The notes beneath the pieces were generated by a model, which saw only the letters and a program-made list of their open reading frames with translations, was not told the origin of the DNA and did not search any database. The position numbers and the translations under genes were made by a program. DNA of 64,000 nucleotides from an uncultured Verrucomicrobiae bacterium (lineage in GTDB: Bacteria > Verrucomicrobiota > Verrucomicrobiia > Chthoniobacterales > UBA10450). The DNA lies in the NCBI GenBank assembly GCA_963772365.1, contig CAVYXA010000004.1, forward strand, positions 96,001 to 160,000. The letters run 5' to 3'. Position 1 is the stretch's first letter. Every line of letters begins with the position of its first letter. Below, one piece after another: positions 59,837 through 64,000 of this stretch.

Positions 59837-60157
59837 ATGGCTCACGTCGTCACCGAGAAATGTAACGGATGCAAATTCACCGATTGTGTAGAAGTCTGCC
59901 CCGTCGCCTGTTTCTACGAAATGGAAAACCAGCTGGTCATTCATCCGGAGGAATGCATCGATTGTATGGCCTGCGTCGAGGTCTGCCCGGTCCACGCCAT
60001 CTACGCGGATGGCGATGTTCCTCCCGAATTCGCGAAGGATACCGAGTTCAATGCGACCGAGTCTCACAAGATTAAGGACGCGGGCGGAGAGGCGATCACC
60101 GCAAAGAAGGACGCGCTGCCCGGCGCCTTAGACCGCAAGAAAGCGCTCGGTTATTGA
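59837..60157 (+). CDS. fdxA: FdxA-type ferredoxin
   Basis: [32 protein letters not shown]. Confidence 0.93.
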   Translation: MAHVVTEKCNGCKFTDCVEVCPVACFYEMENQLVIHPEECIDCMACVEVCPVHAIYADGDVPPEFAKDTEFNATESHKIKDAGGEAITAKKDALPGALDRKKALGY

Positions 60158-60285
60158 GTCAGGGGGCTGGCTTTCGGTGCCGGAAGGCGCCAGATCGACG
60201 GGATCGATGAGCAGATCGACCAGCTTGTTTACCAGCTTTACAAGCTCACATCCGACGAAATAAAAATTGTCGAAGAGGCCGCGAA

Positions 60286-60618
60286 ATGAAAATTCCAAAC
60301 GCGGAGCGCGCATTTATCAACGTGGCGAAACTTCGTGATTATTCGCTTGATCCGCGGCATCGGGAGGGCAAGAACAAAGCACGCGTCTTTGCCGCGGCGC
60401 TCGGATTGACCAGAGAAGACGCCGAATGGCTTCGCAAAATTCTTCTCGATGGCGTTCGTGATCACGATTGCCAACCGGGGAAGCGCACGGTGTTTGGACA
60501 GAGATACATCGTGGATTTTTCCGTGACCAAAGATAAAAGGACTGCGCCGTTGCGGAGCGTTTGGAACATCCGCCCGAACGAAGACTTTCCTCGTCTCATC
60601 ACCTGCTATGTGATATGA
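60286..60618 (+). CDS. DUF6883-like putative toxin
   Basis: PNAERAFI..KLRDYSL..H..GKNKARVF..LG..W..PRLIT; coupled to a DUF4926 gene. Confidence 0.75.
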   Translation: MKIPNAERAFINVAKLRDYSLDPRHREGKNKARVFAAALGLTREDAEWLRKILLDGVRDHDCQPGKRTVFGQRYIVDFSVTKDKRTAPLRSVWNIRPNEDFPRLITCYVI

Positions 60619-60839
60619 ATATTCCGATGTCGCCGGTGAAGCTTTTGGATGTGGTGGCGCTCCTGGTGGATAAGCCCGCCGAAGGTTTGACCACTGGTCA
60701 TGTTGGTACGGTCGTGGAACTGTTGTCGCCCGACGTTTTCGAAGTGGAATTTCTAGATCCAACCGGGCGCACTTTTGCTCTTACCGAACTTAAGCGAGAT
60801 GAAATTCTGGTTCTGAAACACGAGCCGGTCGCCGCGTGA
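60615..60839 (+). CDS. DUF4926 protein, putative antitoxin
   Basis: LLDVVALLVD..GLTTGHVGTVVE..FEVEF. Confidence 0.85.
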   Translation: MNIPMSPVKLLDVVALLVDKPAEGLTTGHVGTVVELLSPDVFEVEFLDPTGRTFALTELKRDEILVLKHEPVAA

Positions 60840-61045
60840 GTGAGGGAAGCGATACCCGAGTCGAACAACTCGCCGCCGCCAAGACCGGTCACGAGCAAAC
60901 CGCGCTCCAGCGCCAGATCGACGCGACCGACGCGCAGATCGACCAGCTTGTTTACCAGCTCTACGAGCTCACGCCGGAGGAAATCAAAATCATCGAAGCG
61001 GCCTCGGCGCCAGCTCCGGCCCGACAAGGGGAATCTGCGAAGTGA
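60836..61045 (+). CDS. Mini-ORF consisting of the R-M C-terminal tail (repeat 2)
   Basis: Open frame coupled by GTGA overlaps to both neighbours; translation unproven. Confidence 0.5.
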   Translation: MSEGSDTRVEQLAAAKTGHEQTALQRQIDATDAQIDQLVYQLYELTPEEIKIIEAASAPAPARQGESAK

Positions 61046-61298
61046 AATACAAGCTGTCCAGCCACGCGGAGGAAGAATTGATCTTACGCAAGATTCCGTG
61101 GCATCTCGTGGACTCCCTCATGCAGAAGCCGCAGCAGGCTGTTCCTGAACGGGGGAGCAGAAAAGCATATCAGTCGCAATTCGACTTTGGCGATGGTAGA
61201 ATCTTTCTGTTGCGAGCGATTGTCGATGATACGGTCGATCCGGCCATAGGGTGACGATTTATCGGACAAAGAGAATTAAGAAATATTGGAAGCCATGA
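61042..61298 (+). pseudogene. DUF4258-like putative toxin with a 1-nt deletion near 61249
   Basis: LSSHAEEE..R; adding one base restores DPAI-x-VTIYRTKRIKKYWKP ending in an ATGA overlap with the next gene. Confidence 0.75.
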
Positions 61299-61492
61299 AA
61301 GTAACCTACGACCAGGAAGTCGATATTCTGCGGATTCTATTCAGCAATACACCTATCGAAGAGAGTGACGAGGATAAGCCAGGCGTGATTCTCGATTACG
61401 ACAAAGAGGGGAACATTGTCGGAATGGAAATCCTCGATGCTTCGAAACGAGTGGAGAATCCTCGCGCATTCGAATACGCCGTGGCCGGCTAA
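61295..61492 (+). CDS. DUF2283 protein, putative antitoxin
   Basis: MKVTYDQEVDILRI..ESDEDKPGVILDYDKEGNIVGMEILDAS. Confidence 0.9.
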   Translation: MKVTYDQEVDILRILFSNTPIEESDEDKPGVILDYDKEGNIVGMEILDASKRVENPRAFEYAVAG

Positions 61493-61663
61493 AGCTGGCG
61501 CGTGCTGGAGTTAAACTAACAACTCGCCGCCGCCAAAATCACGCACGAGCAAACCGCGCTCAAGCGTCCGATCGACAGCCGACGCGCAGATCGATCAGCT
61601 CATTTACCAGCTCTACGAGCTCACGCCGGAGGAAGTCAAAATCATCGAAGCGGCCTCTGCGCC

Positions 61664-61797
61664 CGATTATGTCGATATCATGAGTCAAGCGCATCTCGCC
61701 GTAGAGGGTTTGATGCAATCGAACCTGTCGCTGCCCAGGGCACGCCGAGCGCGTTGAACCGCGGCGCAAAGACGGCGGTTGGATCAAGATCGGCCAT
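61664..61797 (-). pseudogene. Truncated, frameshifted nucleotidyltransferase (MNT-like) N-terminus
   Basis: MADLDPTAVFAPRFNALGVPWAATGSIAS / LYGEMRLTHDIDII, cut off at repeat 3. Confidence 0.7.
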
Positions 61798-61987
61798 GCA
61801 AAGTCAGCCGCCGTAATTCAGCAGCGACCCGTTTGTCGCTCCAGTCCGGATGTTGCTCACGCAGCACTGCCGCCTTCAACCTGCGCATCGAGCGAATAAA
61901 ACCAAGCGCGAGCTCGGCCCGGCGTTCCAGCGACATCGTTCGCAATGCCTTGATCTGCTCCGGATGTAAGCCGCCATCGGTAAACAT
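61784..61987 (-). CDS. Small helical protein of the type found upstream of nucleotidyltransferase genes
   Basis: LRTMSLERRAEL..LREQHPDWS; overlaps the start of the MNT remnant. Confidence 0.7.
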   Translation of the reverse strand: MFTDGGLHPEQIKALRTMSLERRAELALGFIRSMRRLKAAVLREQHPDWSDKRVAAELRRLTLHGRS

Positions 61988-61996
61988 GCGGGTAAT

Positions 61997-63802
61997 TTAC
62001 TGTTGTTTCTTTTCGCTCGCCAGTTTGATTCCCAAGTCGCGTAACTGGCGTGGATCGCCTTCGGCCGGCGATTGAGACATCAAGTCCATGCCGCGATTGT
62101 TTTTCGGGAACGCCATCACGTCGCGGATGGATTGTTCGCCACACACGAGCATGACCAGACGATCGAGACCGAGAGCGATGCCGCCATGCGGCGGCGCGCC
62201 CATCCGGAGTGCGCGGAGCAAATGGCCGAACAGCGTTTGCTGATCCTGCGGATTAACGCCGAGGATCTCGAACATCTTCTTCTGCAATTCCGGTTCGTGA
62301 ATTCGAATGCTCCCGCCGCCGATCTCGACCCCGTTCAAGACGACGTCGTAGGCTTCGGCGCGAATGTCGGGAAATTTCTTTTCTTCCAATAAAGGAATAT
62401 CTTCCACCTTCGGGCGGGTGAATGGATGATGCATTGCGTTCCATTTGTTTTCCTCCGCGCTCCATTGCAGGAGCGGGAAATCTGTGACCCAGAGGAAATC
62501 CAATTGCATGGAATCGACGACCAGCTTCTGCATTTCGGCGATGCGCAATCGCAAACGCCCCAGGACCTCGCACGCGATTTCCCATTTGTCAGCCGCGAAC
62601 AAAATCAAATCGCCTTCTTCGATTTTCAGTTTCGATTGAAGCGCAGTTTTCTCGGTTCCGCTGAAAAATTTCACAATCGGCGATTTCCATTCCCCACCTT
62701 CGACTTTGATGAAGGCGAGACCTTTCGCTCCGAATGTCTTGGCAGTTTCAGTTAGCTCATCGGACTGGCCAATCGTCAACGACGCAAAATTCTTGGCATT
62801 AATCGCTTTCACCACGCCGCCGGAATCGAGCGTGCTGCGAAAAAGTTTGAAGCTGCTCGCGCGAAAATCATCGCCAATATCGACAAGTTCCATCCCAAAT
62901 CGGCGATCCGGTTTGTCGCTGCCGAATCGGCCGACGGCTTCGCGATAGGTCAGGCGGTCGAATGGAAGTTTGATATCGATGTTGTCCGCCACGGCGGATT
63001 CGTCCCATGGCGAACGCACGGCCTTGAAGATTGCCGCCAGCATTCCTTCGGTCAGCGCGAAAATATCCGCCGGCTCGACAAACGACGCTTCGATGTCGAT
63101 CTGGGTAAACTCCGGTTGACGATCGGCACGAAGATCTTCGTCACGAAAGCATTTCGCGATCTGGAAATATTTCTCCACGCCCGCGACCATGAGCAGTTGT
63201 TTGTATTGCTGCGGTGCCTGCGGAAGGGCATAGAATTTTCCGGGCGCCAAGCGACTCGGCACGAGGAAATCACGCGCGCCTTCCGGAGTGCTTTTGGAAA
63301 GAATCGGTGTCTCAACCTCGACATATCCCTGGCCATCGAGATAATCGCGTGTCGCTTTCGCGACTTTGTGCCGTATCCGCAGATTGCGGGCGAGATGCGG
63401 CCGGCGCAGATCGAAATAGCGATAGGTGAGCCGCAAATCTTCGTTGTGCGTCTCAGTGTCGAGTTGGAACGGCAAATCGTCCGCCCGATTCAAAATCTTG
63501 AGCTCGCTCGGAACAACTTCTATGTCGCCGGTTTCGAGATTCGAATTTTCCGTGCCCGGAACGCGCGGAGCGACGCGACCGATTACTTGGATCACGTCTT
63601 CGCTTCGAAGCGTATGCGCCTGTTTCGCAACTTCGGCGTTTTCCTCCGGGCGGAAGACAACCTGGGTTAGCCCTTCGCGATCACGCAGATCGATAAAGAT
63701 CACGCCGCCATGGTCGCGGGTGACGTTCACCCATCCGGCGAGTGTGACTTGTTTGCCGATGTCGATCTTACGAAGTGAATTGCAATTGTGCGTGCGAAAC
63801 AT
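61997..63802 (-). CDS. aspS: Aspartate--tRNA ligase (probably non-discriminating)
   Basis: MFRTHNC, RDHGGVIFIDLRD, FRDEDLRADRQPEF, APPHGGIALGLDR. Confidence 0.97.
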   Translation of the reverse strand: MFRTHNCNSLRKIDIGKQVTLAGWVNVTRDHGGVIFIDLRDREGLTQVVFRPEENAEVAKQAHTLRSEDVIQVIGRVAPRVPGTENSNLETGDIEVVPSELKILNRADDLPFQLDTETHNEDLRLTYRYFDLRRPHLARNLRIRHKVAKATRDYLDGQGYVEVETPILSKSTPEGARDFLVPSRLAPGKFYALPQAPQQYKQLLMVAGVEKYFQIAKCFRDEDLRADRQPEFTQIDIEASFVEPADIFALTEGMLAAIFKAVRSPWDESAVADNIDIKLPFDRLTYREAVGRFGSDKPDRRFGMELVDIGDDFRASSFKLFRSTLDSGGVVKAINAKNFASLTIGQSDELTETAKTFGAKGLAFIKVEGGEWKSPIVKFFSGTEKTALQSKLKIEEGDLILFAADKWEIACEVLGRLRLRIAEMQKLVVDSMQLDFLWVTDFPLLQWSAEENKWNAMHHPFTRPKVEDIPLLEEKKFPDIRAEAYDVVLNGVEIGGGSIRIHEPELQKKMFEILGVNPQDQQTLFGHLLRALRMGAPPHGGIALGLDRLVMLVCGEQSIRDVMAFPKNNRGMDLMSQSPAEGDPRQLRDLGIKLASEKKQQ

Positions 63803-63807
63803 GGGTT

Positions 63808-63890
63808 TGTCATTCCGAGCGAAGTCGAGGAAGCCCGTGGAATGTCGTGGGGTGCTGCCGCGGGATCCTTCGACTTCGCTCAGAATGACA
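63808..63890. repeat. GTCATTCCGAGCGAAGTCGA palindromic repeat
   Basis: tgtcattccgagcgaagtcga ... tcgacttcgctcagaatgaca. Confidence 0.85.
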
Positions 63891-64000
63891 AGCTGGATTG
63901 CCCTTGCAAGTGCGCAAGTAACTGATCGTGCGACACGAGCTTCTCTTCCCGCGTGGCCAGTTTCTTCACCTTTACCTGTGGCCATTCATCGCCGTAAAGC
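63880..64000 (-). CDS. hisS: Probable 3' end of histidine--tRNA ligase (partial)
   Basis: Manual translation LYGDEWPQVKVKKLATREEKLV resembles the end of an anticodon-binding domain; hisS-aspS is a common gene order. Confidence 0.6.
   Translation of the reverse strand, partial: LYGDEWPQVKVKKLATREEKLVSHDQLLAHLQGQSSLSF

Larger units (their letters stand above)
60187..61663 (+). repeat. Three direct repeats (60187-60289, 60864-61011, 61518-61663) encoding a Type IIG R-M enzyme C-terminal tail
   Basis: Shared core gcagatcgaYcagctNNtttaccagctYtacRagctcac; peptide QRQIDATDAQIDQLVYQLYELTPEEIKIIE. Confidence 0.88.

Noticed and set aside
60187..61663. CRISPR array or integron
   Set aside because: Repeats are 100-150 bp, protein-derived and non-palindromic; spacers are whole gene pairs; no cas or intI gene
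63803..63985. N-terminal extension of AspS in the ORF track
   Set aside because: Runs through a palindromic repeat and the upstream gene end; the conserved start is MFRTH at 63802

Overview
Bacterial chromosomal window, GC-rich. Gene content, exosortase/PEP-CTERM genes and palindromic repeat families suggest a soil Verrucomicrobiota (Chthoniobacterales-like) genome; this is an inference. The window spans the probable replication-origin region: dnaA-dnaN, DnaA-box-like motifs upstream of dnaA, and a parS-like site embedded in mnmG. Housekeeping genes include gatCA, trxB, metF, cdd, mnmG, plsY, gpsA, purN, pdxH, mtnP, miaB, def, exbBD/tonB, fdxA, aspS and the 3' end of hisS. Three accessory loci stand out. 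(1) A three-gene polymorphic-toxin operon (9.0-16.6 kb): a LamG-FN3-LamG surface protein, an Rhs toxin and a putative immunity gene. The Rhs protein has an N-terminal C39 peptidase followed by a double-glycine-like motif, and an apparently incomplete Ig domain whose missing first strand may be supplied by the partner's C-terminus. (2) An array at 60.2-62.0 kb of toxin-antitoxin pairs separated by three direct repeats that encode the C-terminal tail of a Type IIG restriction-modification enzyme. (3) An exosortase with two candidate substrates sharing a variant sorting tail. Single-base indels in moaD, gatA and a DUF4258 toxin gene may be assembly errors. No rRNA, tRNA or CRISPR array was seen. 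All family assignments come from motif recognition, not database searches.
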